A stretch of DNA of 64,000 bases from contig NC_082722.1 in assembly GCF_030144855.1 (NCBI RefSeq), positions 26,536,001 through 26,600,000 on the forward strand. The letters run 5' to 3'. Every line of letters begins with the position of its first letter. Positions within the stretch are counted from its first letter, which is position 1. Position numbers and translations under genes: made by a program. This document shows positions 39,749 to 52,115 of this stretch, in pieces. The notes below the pieces were generated by a model. It did no database searches and was not told the DNA's origin. It saw nothing but the letters and a program-made list of their open reading frames with translations. This DNA comes from Hypanus sabinus. Lineage: Eukaryota.

Positions 39749-39936
39749 GTCCGCAGCAGGATAAGATCGACAATGTTGGTGTCCGCTTCCGGCCGAACTC
39801 AACTTCCTCACCCCACCTCGATGACATCCAGCTGGATGCAATGGAGAAACTATATGTTACAATGAACGATTTCAATTCCGAGGGGACAGAAGATGAAATT
39901 CAAGGAGGCGACAAAATGTCTATGAAAGCAGCTTAA
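39749..39936 (+). CDS. Candidate orphan terminal cytoplasmic exon with YxxM (KLYVTM)
   Basis: Acceptor tttctcttacaattcatccAG|, phase 1, about 61 open codons (GPQQDKIDNVGVRFRPNSTSSPHLDDIQLDAMEKLYVTMNDFNSEGTEDEIQGGDKMSMKAA), TAA, AATAAA at 40068. Confidence 0.55.
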
Positions 39937-42188
39937 CATCCCCAACGACTCGTCGGAATTCCGGATGCATAACTGGTAAAATGGTGTGGGGATCGGCCCG
40001 GTAATCAGAATCTTGACTCTGCACGTAGGAGACACATGGAAGCCTGGCACTGATCCATCTACTCCCGAATAAACTCCTCAATAACCGAAACTTATTTACA
40101 TCCAGTGGGATCCAATAGACAAAATATGTGTTACATTAAACAACTTCACCTTCGAAGCACCTACACAATTTCATTTCTGGAAGGGTAGAAGATGCAATTC
40201 AATGATGGCGAAAACTTGTCAATGAAAACAGCATAACGTACCCGCCGATTCATGGCGATTTGTGATGCATAACTGCTCAAAATGTCGAGGGTAATCAGAG
40301 TCTTGACTCCTTTCGCTGGAAGCTCAACATAGTTAACCGCCAACCACGATGCTTTGAAGAATATTCAGTATTGTCAGTTTAGGATTGGGTACCGATGCTG
40401 CCAGGTCAGGAAAATGGTGTGTGATAGTTATTCGAAGGTTTTTTTTTTGTCTCCCATGGTCTCCCTTTTACTTTTTGGAAATTTACGAGATGTTTGAAGT
40501 AGCAGCATTAACCCCAGTTCCGCTCGTGCTGATTGGATTCAAAATGGAGCCCCGGAACTGCAGTCAATCATTTGAGGTGTCCTCGATGCACCCTTTTATA
40601 GATTTTGTCGCAATACATCCTGAATATCTATGTTACCATAAAAATTAAACTGAATAACTTACAGTTTCACCTCTAAGCTCTCTCTTTATTGTGAGCAGCA
40701 TCCTATATCCGAACTCTTTTTCAATCAAAGACAACACTTGTTTTGGCTTCTCGCCAAGTTCTTCGTGCAAACTGACCAGAACAGCGAGTGAGGAATCTGA
40801 GAACTGCGGGAACGACTTTGTAAAAAAGAATACAGACTGAACTCTATAACTGGAATAAATGTGTGATGTCTTCATTTTATTTTGCTTTATTTGCTAAAAT
40901 ATATACAACCTCCAAATGATCAAGCATTTAAATTTGATGAAAATTCCTGAAATAATAGGCCTACTGCTCGACCACATGTCGCCTCCCTTGGGCAGTTCCA
41001 TGAATGCTCAGAATCCAAAATCACACATTGTACCGGAGACGCGTGAATGACGGCGACCGAGAGAATGCACTTACCGTTCTTTTCGGCTTTGTTTTCCATG
41101 CATTAAACAGTAGTTCGTTAGTCGGAATTTTATAAACAGACCCTAAAGGCAATTATTAGAGAATAAAAATTATGCAAACACCTACCTGACCCGTCACGGC
41201 TTAAAAATCTTCTTGCGGTAAGAGTGCGCCTGCTCTCCCCATTTGCTGGAAATGTTATTGCAATGATAATTACAAGATCAATAGGAGTCGTGGCTATCAA
41301 AATTCAGTTTGGAGTTCTAGAACGTCCTTGCAGGAGCAGCTGGAGTTCGATAGAGACAGTGAGATGAGCTAAAATATAATCAAGAGAATGCAGAGGACCT
41401 GAAACGGAGTGTTCGGTTTGCGGTGAGAAACATGTGGGATGATAATTCACCGATGGTACATGGTTGAAACGGAACAACATTGCGAAGCTACATTGGAATG
41501 GAGGGATATATTATTATTGTCCCAGTTAAGGTCAACGTGCATTTACTATCATAGTATGCAAGCAGTATACAACCTTGAGATTTTCCAGCCAGCAGCCAAG
41601 AAAGAAAGAAACACCATTCAAATTGTTTAAACAAAATATCAAACATCCAACGAGAGCATAACAACAGATCGTGCAGACGGCAACATGTACGAATAAAACA
41701 TCGAATAGTAAAAATCAAAGCAGACTCTTTGTAGCACTCTCTGAATATTCGGTGTCGTTCAGTGCATTATAAAATTTCGCTGCAGGCCGCAGAGCCAATT
41801 CGTGACGAAGTGCTCCATCAAAACCGTGCAAAATAGCAATAAAAATGGCATAACTAGGAAAAGCATATAACTTGAAGTCAGGAGTCCTCCGAAAACGGAA
41901 CCAAATCCAGTCAATTAATTTAATTAATATTTAAATGCAGTACGGCCACTGATATGCTATTATCACTTTACATCTTCGTTGTAAGACAAAGCCTTTTAAA
42001 CAAAGCACCAGGTTACTACAGGACACTGTACATGCGCACAACAGTTACCATCAAATGCGTTCTGAAAGATCCGTACCTTCAGCAGTCCACTTACACAATT
42101 AATTCGATTGGTATCAAAGAAAAATGTTCAATTTTTGAAATAATGTTCAAACAATGCAATTCATTTCTTTTTAATTTATGTTCCGAAG

Positions 42189-42232
42189 GGGCTAAAACAA
42201 ATACTTTGGTCGGATGTCAGAATGAAGACCAA
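42189..42232 (+). CDS. Duplicate of cytoplasmic exon 5 (GAKTNTLVGCQNEDQ)
   Basis: 44 nt, phase 1-0, acceptor ttatgttccgaAG|, donor GTAGGT. Flanking intron aligns by eye with 27040-27800. Confidence 0.75.
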
Positions 42233-43035
42233 GTAGGTGAAGCGAATCGACTTATTTAAGAGCGTGATATTCGCATATCAAAGATATTATAAATCTGTTT
42301 AATTCCATACCACTTCGGAATGTAGTAGGGAAAAATAGGATTCATTTTTCCTATCCAATCCTTATTTTCAAGTATATCTCTAAGATTTATTCGAATGTTC
42401 CCGTTGAATCTGCTTCCTCTATCCTTTCAAGTTTCCACATCAGTTCATAAGCGCTTGCATTGGAAGGTGAATGGTAGCATTTGCTAACGGAAGTCAAGTT
42501 GTTCATCATTCTCGTATGGTGAATATCTACTAAATATCAGTTTACGAGAGTCACAGTGTACTAGAAAATGGGGAAGTACAGTAAGTGCACAAATCAATTC
42601 GTACTATATGTTACACGTGAGCTGACAGACAGCACGCAAGGTACAACTGTAGCGAAATATTATTTGGTTGAAATGGGTTTTGTAATATTACAGTCAGTTT
42701 TAACCCCGATCAGCAACAACGATTCACGCCGAAGTGCATAACCAGAATAAGCGAAAGCCACAGGCGACATCTTTGGAAAAGAAGCAGTTGACGTTCCACA
42801 TTGAAGACCCCTCCCCAGAAATCAACCTAAGCTTTAACTATTTCTCTTCGCAATGATGATTCCTGATGTAGTAGGATTTAACATGTTTTATTTGTTTTAT
42901 TTCGGGTTTCCATCTCTTCAATGTTAGTCACTTTCCCACATGCTTTCTCTTGATAAGATAACGTGTTTCATTAATCACATTGCCCATTTTAACGCATTAT
43001 GCTGTAAATCTACGTAACGATATCTGGTGCGTCAG

Positions 43036-44030
43036 ACCATAAGATATAACAGCAGAAGTAGGCCATTCAGCCCATCGAGTCTGCTCCGCCATTCAACCAT
43101 GGTCTGATCCAATTCTTCCAGTCATCCCCACTCCCCTGCCTTCTCCCCATGTCCTTTGATGCCCTGGCTAATCAAGAACCTATCTATCTCTGTTTTAAAT
43201 ACACCCGATGTCTTGGGCTGAAGAGCCACTCATGGCAACAAACTCCACATATTTATCACCCTCTGACTAAAATAATCTCTCCTCATCTCTGTTCTAAATG
43301 GAATTCCTTCGATCCTGAAGTTGTGCCCAGTTTTCTTAGATTCCCCTGGCTTGGGAAATAACCGCCATATCTAATCTGTTTAGGCCTTTTAACATTCGGA
43401 ATGTTTCTATAAGATCCTGCATACTCCTGAACTTCAGAGAATATAGCCCAAGAGCTGCCAGACTTTCTTCATAGGGTAATCCCTTCATTCCCGGAATCAT
43501 TCTCGTGAATCTACTCTGAACCCTCTCCACTGTCAGTACATCCGTTCTAAAATAAGGAGCCTAAAACTCCACACAATACTACAAGTAGGTCTCGCGAGTA
43601 CCTTCTAGAGCCTGAACATCACATCACTGCTCTTATATTCTATTCCCCTAGAAATGAATGTCAACATTGCATTCGCGCTTTTCATCACCGACTGAACCTG
43701 AAGGTTAACCTTCAGGTATCCTGCCCAAGGGCTCCCAAGTTCGTCTGCATCCCTGTATTTTCAGTTTTCTCTCCATCTAAATAATATTCTGCCCGTTTAT
43801 TTCTTCCCCGAAAGTGCATATCCATACACTTTCCAACGTTATATTTCATTTTCCACTTCATTGTAGATTCCCGTGAACTATCTAAGTCTGTCTGCGGGCT
43901 TTCTGTTTCCTCAACATTACCCGCTCCTCCACCTATCTTTGTATCATCGGCAAATTTAGCCACTAGTCCATTAACTCAATAGTCCAAATCATTGACATGT
44001 ATCGTTAAATGTAGTGGTCCGTGTGGAACT
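43036..44030 (-). mobile_element. CR1-type LINE 3' fragment
   Basis: KFADDTKIGG and ERVQSRFTRMIPGM remnants with 3' tail. Confidence 0.85.
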
Positions 44031-45110
44031 TCAGAGGGAGCCAGCAGCCAACCAGAATAATTTCTCTTTACTGTTACTCTGTTTTCTGTCGAATAGCCAG
44101 TGTTCTTCTCATACTTCGAAGCAATCTAAGTGCAAAGGAAGCCACTGCAGCAACTTTTCAATTCACCAAGATAACGTAGTCATGCATCACTGACTTCATT
44201 ATAGTAGAGCTCCATTCAATCTTCTACCAGCGTTCGTGACTTTTCCAGAAATGTGGGGCTGCTTTTTAGAGAAATAATTAAGTTGCTGAAGTCTTCATGA
44301 TTAAACTTTTGCTATTGCTTTATTACTCCGAAATGTTATGCCGTTATGTGAGATGAACCAAAGACCATTTTAATATTTACTGTAACCAGTACGTCTATTT
44401 GCTCTGTGTAATTTAAGTGATATACCAACAAAACCAATTAAATCAACAGAGGCCCGGACTGCGGAGTTAGCTAAGCGATACTTAGCATCAGGACTTGCCA
44501 TTTGCTCCAATATCCTTAACTTAGATAATGTGATGGTAAGGGACACAGTTTTTGTTTGGTCACGCCAATGATTTCAATAATCGGACGGATTCATAAGAGG
44601 TGGAACATCAGATGATGCCCGTGCAAAAATAAATAAATAAATAAATATATGTGTGTGTGTGTGTATAGGAACGTGAGGGATACGACTTGTGAGAAGAAGA
44701 AAAGTTATGGCCAGAAATGAGAACCCCCATCCTATTCATAGGATTGTTATCAGCGGTTCTTTAAAAATCTATAGAAAACATAACAACTTCCAGCCTGAAA
44801 TGGTTGAGATCCCACCTCCAGTATGATGCATGGACAGTATCGTTGTGCGCAGACAAAATGCTATTACAATCGTTTTTTAACCTTCTCTGTGATTTGATTT
44901 TCCAAATCAAATTAAGTTCATGTTGACTGTCCTCTGTATCAGTTAGCTGCATTAATTATGTTTTTCTAACAGGCTGACAAGCACCGGCTGAGCACACCAC
45001 TGCCTAAGCTTCACTAAACCTCAGCGAGAGGAAACCATTTCGCAAAGATCGACAGCCGCAGGAGCGGGTCATCTATTCCCAGGGAAAACGCAGAGATTAG
45101 CCTGAATATG

Positions 45111-45256
45111 NNNNNNNNNNNNNNNNNNNNNNNNNNNNNNNNNNNNNNNNNNNNNNNNNNNNNNNNNNNNNNNNNNNNNNNNNNNNNNNNNNNNNNNNNN
45201 NNNNNNNNNNNNNNNNNNNNNNNNNNNNNNNNNNNNNNNNNNNNNNNNNNNNNNNN
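45111..45256. other. Assembly gap (146 N)
   Basis: Run of N; true size unknown. Confidence 0.99.
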
Positions 45257-46108
45257 ATAAAATTGAGCTTGCATTGACTGGGTAACAAAATATAATTCGC
45301 TTCTTTGCTAATTCTCTTTCAGGGACAGGTAGCTTATCATTATATATAACATAACATCCTAGTTCAAACATTTTTTTCCATCTGGGTGGGTTCCAAGCTG
45401 AAAACATGAGCATCGATTTCTCTAGCTGTTGGTAATTTCTCCACCATTCCGTTCACTCTTTTTCCATTCCCTATTCCGGTTCTCTTTCATCTCTTCTCTT
45501 CTCCTCATATGCCTATCGCCTCCCCTTAGTTCTCCTCCTCCTTCCATGTCGTCCAGGGTGCACTGCCTGTCCGCTCGAGTCAGATTCCTTCTTAATGTCT
45601 TACCGCGGAGAACTGAACTAGCTGAACTACCGAATTGCGACAAACCTGTAATCAGAGAGCCTGAATAAATAAAGTGCCGGAGTTCATTCTATCAGTTATG
45701 CGCTGTACATGATAACAATGTCCATGTGCATTTGGAGCTCTGTTGGCAGGTGCGGCTGAGCAAACACCTGTGAGCTCCATAAATGAAAAGTATGTTGCAA
45801 TCAGACAGAGATAATACAAATGCGCTTGTGTTATGAGTTATCCAAATATTTATACCATAACTGCTACTTCAAGGATTTCTCTACTCTCCTAACTTAATTT
45901 TTTAAAGTTCTTTTTTAGTAAAGGAATAAATGACTATAATGAAAACAAAAAGGGAAATCTTGTAGGAACGTTGACATAAAATTAGTATAAAACAGTAGCA
46001 ATGTAAAGTTTATAACTTATGTGTATATCTCTAATTTATTTTACAATCGTTTGATTCAATTAATCACTAGATGCTTGACGGACCACTGACCATGAACTAC
46101 ATTCAGAG

Positions 46109-46228
46109 TCTAAAAGAAATGGAGGTGGGAAACTGACTTACGCCGCTCTGCAGTTCCCCAATTCCAACAACACCTCAGCATCCAAACAACAAGACAAGTA
46201 TACATTGTACGCAGATGTAAGTACGTAA
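46109..46228 (+). CDS. Duplicate terminal cytoplasmic exon with ITIM (LTYAAL) and ITSM (TLYADV)
   Basis: SKRNGGGKLTYAALQFPNSNNTSASKQQDKYTLYADVST then TAA. Clearly homologous to 29938-30039 plus flanks; AATAAA at 46553. The acceptor is weaker (cattcAGAG|). Confidence 0.75.
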   Translation, partial: SKRNGGGKLTYAALQFPNSNNTSASKQQDKYTLYADVST

Positions 46229-48643
46229 TAGAAGCCATGAAGCTGCAGTCCAGAGCTATGGACTGTCAATCAGTGCAGGCGCAAGGCATTGTTTTGTTTC
46301 TTTTTATTTGCATCCAGATAAAGATTGACCATAGATATCGCATGTGTAAGTTTGGAATGTTAGTGGTCATTTTCGTTTTCAAAGTTTTTCGGATTTATTC
46401 GAGGCTATTATGACTAACAAAAATCAAAGGAAGAAAATTAACAATAGGAACTGTAATAAGCTATTCCGCGCCTCACTAATGCCTGGCCATTCACGGTTGT
46501 AATGTCTAATAAGCTGAGTCTTCTGCTCCATTCCACAGTCCTCGATCTTTCCAATAAATCAAAACTTACTTCTTAAAAACAAGATAAAATCGGCAGATGC
46601 TGTAAATCCAATCAACAGGTATTTACTCCCGCTTAAATAGGTCCCAATAATTTTGGCTCTCAGATCTCAGATGATAATTATAAAAGTACAGAGATACACC
46701 ATCATCGGCGAGATAATTCTTCTTAGGCAGGGAAAATTCACCGAATAAAAAGCTATTTTGCACACTTAAGTCAACGTTCAAGCAAGGGAAATAGAAAGCG
46801 CACGATTCTGTTGAACATTCGCAACTTGTCCTCCTGATAACACTCCTCTGCTTTAATTTTGACAAGTCAAAGTCGTATGATGAAAGTTTACCTAAACATT
46901 TTTTTCAGCTAATTACAACTCTTGGTTTTCATATTTATTCACGACTTAATGCACATAATTAGCTGTAAAATACAACTCTAATATCACATGGATCACAATA
47001 GAAATCTCAGCGCAGCGAACAGGCAATAAAATCCCTCCTTAACTATGTTCCTGTCGCTCCTTCTCTCTCTAGCCCCCTCACGCCTTCACCCCGCGCTGCA
47101 CTAGCTTACAGATCCACAAGGAAGAACATTATCTATCCCAATTGGTTAACAAATGAACACAGTTCTCGTTATCAGTAATTATAACCCAAACAAGCTGCGG
47201 GAGAAAACAATCTCTCACCAGTTAATATAACAAAGAAGCATTTTTATTTTTAACGTAACAAAGAAGCCATTTTATTAGCCTTCGCTGTAACATAAAAGAA
47301 GAAAGCCCTTACAAGTATATTTGCAAAAACCAAAATCTCAGGCGAGAAATAGAATATGCAATTAGGAGATTAGGAATGATGTGAATATTACCTTTTGCAC
47401 AGTTATATCTGCGTGATAGAAAGACACATTTAGTAAGGTTGTTCAAAAGGCTCTGTGCGTTGTGATTCCGGCTGAGTATATTAAGTGATAGTTTCCTTTG
47501 GCCAGAGGTAATTCCTTGTCGTGATAAGAGTCAGTACTCAGCGATTTCTTCACTGAGAGGCTGGTGCATCTTTCTAATATATACATCCTAATATTGGACA
47601 TGTGTATTCATTGGAAACATCCTAGCCTGATGTCATAATATTTCATACCGGTTGAGAATCGAAGCATCTGAACTGTGTAGGAAAGTGAGAGAGGATCTAT
47701 CATAATTTAGAAGTTGGTCACTTTTATAAATAGTCAAATCATATTTATGTTTCAAATATTCATAAATGATGTTTAGGTACATCCATTGTTCCATACTCTG
47801 CTCTTTTCTTTAACTACTTGAGCAGTTCTACGCCTGTAGCTACCTTTGCACTTAAAGCTGGAATTCTCTCTGCAAGTGTCTTTGTTTCATTACTTAATTT
47901 AAGTTTGCTGGTTGATCTCTCCGGTTTTCATCAAATACCCAGTCACTTCTCCTTATATATGGTTCGGATTGCGCTTTTTAATATTCTATTAATGCATCTT
48001 GTGTTTCTTCTGAAAGTAAAAAGTCATTTTATCTAGTTTGCTAATGGAATCTGTTGAGAGAGTTTTCGAGCGACAGTTCAGAAACAGAAACCATGTTATT
48101 TCGAAGCTGTGATCAAACTATTTGCAAATACATCGTAAAAAGAAATTCTCAAACATGAATGGTTGGACAAATATTTCCACTTATTACCTCTACCGATTGA
48201 ATCGAGAAATGGCAATGAGAGAATCAAGATTCCCAAGGCATTATCGGATTCACATTCGACAATACTGATTATAAATAACAGGATAATTTTACATTCCCGT
48301 TCAAGTTAACCAATCCTCCCTTGTAACTATGATTTTCAGATACCTGGGGTTTTAAGGCTATGATTTCCTGCGGCGATTTTACACAAGTAATAATACTCTC
48401 ACTGTTATATTTTCGTTCATTTGAGATATAACCTGACTGATGTTATGCTACAGCGCTCTAATCTTTCAAGGGAAATCTAGATCCACCACATTCATGAAAG
48501 ATCAAGCTCAACATATTACATGGCCACAATGTGCACCTCACTATTTTGAGTAGCTGTGAGGAATATCAAATTTCGGCAAGAAATATGATTACTATCCAAT
48601 GAACAACTTCAATTTTTCTGATATTGCCGCTAATATTTAAGGT

Positions 48644-49034
48644 TGTCATGGTCCCGTCTGCCAATTCCCCATCATGTTACTACCTCCTTACTTGGGTCTT
48701 AAATGCACTCTTCTGATTTCCAATCATTCCCAGTTCCACTAATTACAAGATTACAATGTCCTTTAATGAAGATACGATAAAACTCGGGCGTTAAAGCCAT
48801 CTTTGCCAGTTCGTTGGTCGACTCTAGAGTGAGTAAACCTTGTTCCCTGATTCCATGGGACCGTCAATTAGCGTTCCACATCATTTGCTGGATACTTTAA
48901 GTAAACCTTGTCTCCGTGTGAAGACTCTCCTGGATACCGGTTCCCCGTTCGCAACGGTGAAAACGCCTCACGACTCTCCCTCAGCGCCTGTGTTCTGCAG
49001 TTGGGTTCGTCCTCAACCTCGTCCTTGCCTGAAA
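48644..49034 (+). mobile_element. Solo LTR related to the 38679-39027 LTR
   Basis: TGTCATGG start; shares TTTCCAATCATTCCCA and GCCAGTTCGTTG blocks. Absent from the paralogous site near 61212. Confidence 0.7.
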
Positions 49035-49149
49035 GCTGTTCTGTATTTTAAAATCCATTAGGTATTAAAACAACCTCTGAGGAAGCAAATCAGAGCGGAT
49101 AACCGCAGGTGAAACAACTTTTGTTTTTGCTTCCGAGAGGGTTATATTA

Positions 49150-50710
49150 GAAACATAGAAAACCAACAGCACACTGCAGACCATTCGGCCCAGAAAGCTG
49201 TGCCGAACATATCCTTTTCTAAGAAATTACATACGGTTACCCAGAGCCCTCTACGTCTCTGAGCTCCATGTATCTGTCCAGGAGTCTCTTTAAAGACCCT
49301 ATCGTATGTGTCTCCACCACCGTCGCTGGAAGCCATTCCACGCACTCAGCACTCTCAGCACAAAAAATAAACAACTGACATCTCCGCTTTACCTATTTCC
49401 AAGCACCTTAAAGCTACGCCCTCTGGTACTAGCCATTTCAGACCTAGGGAACAATAGCCTCTAACTGTCCACACGATCAATGCCTCTCAGCATCTTATAG
49501 ATCTCTATCAGGTCAACTTTCATCCTCCGTCGCTCTAAAGAAAAAAATCCGATTTCAATCAACCTATTCTCGTAAGGCATGCTCCCCAATCCAGGCAACA
49601 TCCTTGTAAATCTCCTCTGAACTTTTTCAATGGTTTCCACATCCTTCCCACAGTGAGGTGACCATAACTGTGTACAGTACTCCAAGTGCGGTCTGAACAG
49701 GTTCCTATATAGCCTCAAAATCTCCACGGTTGATGAAGGCCAATGCACCGTATGCTTTCTTAAACACAGAGTCAACCTGCGCAGCAGCGTGGAGTGCCCT
49801 ATGGACTCGCACCCAAAAAGCCCTCTGATCCTCCACACCGCCGAGAGTTTTATCATTAATACTCTATTCAGTCATCACACTTGACCTACCAAAATGAACC
49901 ACCTCACACTTAACTGTGTTGAATTCCATCTGCACACTCCTCAGCGCAGATTTGCATCCTATCTGTATATTGCGCTGTAACCTCTAACAGCCCTCCACAC
50001 TATCCATATCACCTCCGCCCTTTGTGTCATCAGCAAATTTACTTACCTATCCCTCCAATTCTTCATTCAGGTCAATTATAAAAATCAGGAAGAGTAGGGT
50101 TCCCAAAGCAGTTCCCTAAGGCACACCGCTGGTCATCGATCTCTATGCAGAATATGAAGCGTCCTCAAACACTCTTTGCCTTTTCTAGACAAACCAGTTC
50201 TGGATCCACATAACAATGTGCCCTTGGATCCCATGTCTCAGTAAGTCTTGTATGTGTTTCTTTGTCAAATTCTTTGCTGAAATCCATAACGAATACATCT
50301 ACTACTCCCTCTTCATCAATGTGTTTAGTCACATCCTCAAAAAAAAAAATCAGTCTCGTAAGGAACAACCATCCTTTGACAAAGCCATGCTTACTGTTCC
50401 TAATCACATTATGCCTCCCTCGCCTCCCACAGTAGCCTGTGGTACAGCTTGTCCGGTCCGGGGGACTAATCCAATATGATGTTTTTCAAATGCTTCTGCA
50501 CATCCTTTTTCTTAATATCTACATGCTCAACCTGTTCATTCTGCTCTAGGTCATCACTGCAATCGCCAAGATACTTTCCCGTTGCGAATACTAGAGCAAA
50601 GTACTCATTAAATAACTCTGCTATCTCTTCTCGTTCAATACCCACTTTAGCACCGTCACACTTGATTGATCCTATTCCCTCACGTCTTATCCTCTTGCTC
50701 TTCTCAAACT
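49150..50710 (-). mobile_element. Decayed CR1-type LINE
   Basis: ORF2 remnants (RPHLEYCTQLWSP; HGFVKG). Same insertion as 59040-61070 within the inverted duplication. Confidence 0.85.
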
Positions 50711-52115
50711 GATTTGTAGAGGATTAGTATGATCAATTACGAACTATGTCTGTAAGTGCATGTGAACCGATGACAAAATGACTCGCACAGAGCTGCTTCA
50801 ATAGTCCGTAGTGCCCGAGGAGTACAAAGGTGACAGTTGTCCCTGCGGAAACTGTTGGGAAATGGAGGAAAAAGGAAATAACTGCGGAAGGAAAAAGATG
50901 ACGAGAGATGAGAAACTCATCCTATTCGTAGAATAGCATTTAAATGATTGAGATGATTGAAAATCAATCTCAATCTTAAAAGATCATATAAACTTTCAGC
51001 ACTAGGGAAAACACAATCCGTGCTTTCTCTAAAATAATATATATCGCAACAACACTTACTGATGTTAGAATATTATTATGCCACATTTTTACCATTTATG
51101 TTTACGTTTTCAAACTCATTTTCTCTTTATGGATTTATAACTGCATTATCCTCGCCGATAACTGTGTTAACTACCTCTTTGTATCAGGCTAGACTAGCGC
51201 CAGTTGAACATAGCCTTATATATGCCACAATAAACTTGAGAGAAAACAAAGGAATTCACCAGATCAGATGACAAGACGGACATGTGATCTGTGCAAAGGT
51301 AAACCCAAGTGATTGGGGATGGAGGAGATTCAAAATCAGCATTGCTTTTTTAAATAATTAATGTATTAAACTATAAAAACGTATAGGACTAATTTTGACC
51401 TTATGGGGTTGGTGGTGGACATCTGTTGGTCTCGAAGGACAATGGCTGATGATCATCATCATCACAAGCCAGGCGGAAGATATGGAGATCTTAAGATTTC
51501 CATTCGTCAAAAATCCCCGGTCGGCCTCACAAGTGTACTCCGAAGGTAAGCTAATGAAGTAGTACGGCTGGCAAGTGGTTTGTCGCAGTATTAAACTTTG
51601 TGAATGGAACACAAAGAGGTCTGTTTTATTTATTCATTGGGTAACTTTTTCTGCATGACCCCTTGTTTTATCCAACGGAAATGTTACATCCGTCTTTGGA
51701 CGAGTACTTTATCCACGTGTCCATATGAAAATGGTATTTTTTCCGGAGGGGGAAATTCGCATCTGCAATGAATACAATGTAAAGTTTGTGTACATCAATA
51801 TTCAACCTTGACATGATTCAAAGCTCTTTGTACGTTTCAATTCAATGGTAATACTCAAAATTTTGACATCGCCCATGACAGCAAGAACAAAATTACAGAG
51901 GTTTGTGGACGCAGTTCAGTTGAACGGGAAACCAGCCTCCTCTGTATGTGGCCTGTATACACTTACCCACACTTTTCCCTTTAAGCTGTGCGGGTATACA
52001 GCCGCGCAGTAACTGAGGTGCTCCTGCGCACTTGGCCGTTGCTGTCACGCAGCGGGAATTTTATTTTGGATAATGTTAATCTACTTTTGAAATTATGCTA
52101 ATATGATTATTAAAT

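Noticed and set aside
44626-44666. (AAAT)n(GT)n microsatellite
   Set aside because: Common simple repeat.
47827-47935. NKp30-like TM frame (FALKAGILSASVFVSLL) with an indel-free paralog near 62285-62395 (-)
   Set aside because: Phase-2 start, no donor in this copy, and about 20 nonsynonymous versus 5 synonymous changes, which looks neutral.
48050-48095. LLREFSSDSSET conserved between duplication arms with apparent synonymous changes
   Set aside because: Changes are explained largely by CpG decay; in-frame TAA just upstream and no splice sites.
50820-50850. J-like peptide CPRSTKVTVV
   Set aside because: No GxG motif, in-frame stops upstream, and the paralogous arm reads STEVRVV.
51387-51546. 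Open frames ending in the strong donor AG|GTAAGC, with a His/Ile run from a CAT repeat
   Set aside because: Two frames are equally open, the acceptor is poor, and I found no partner exons.
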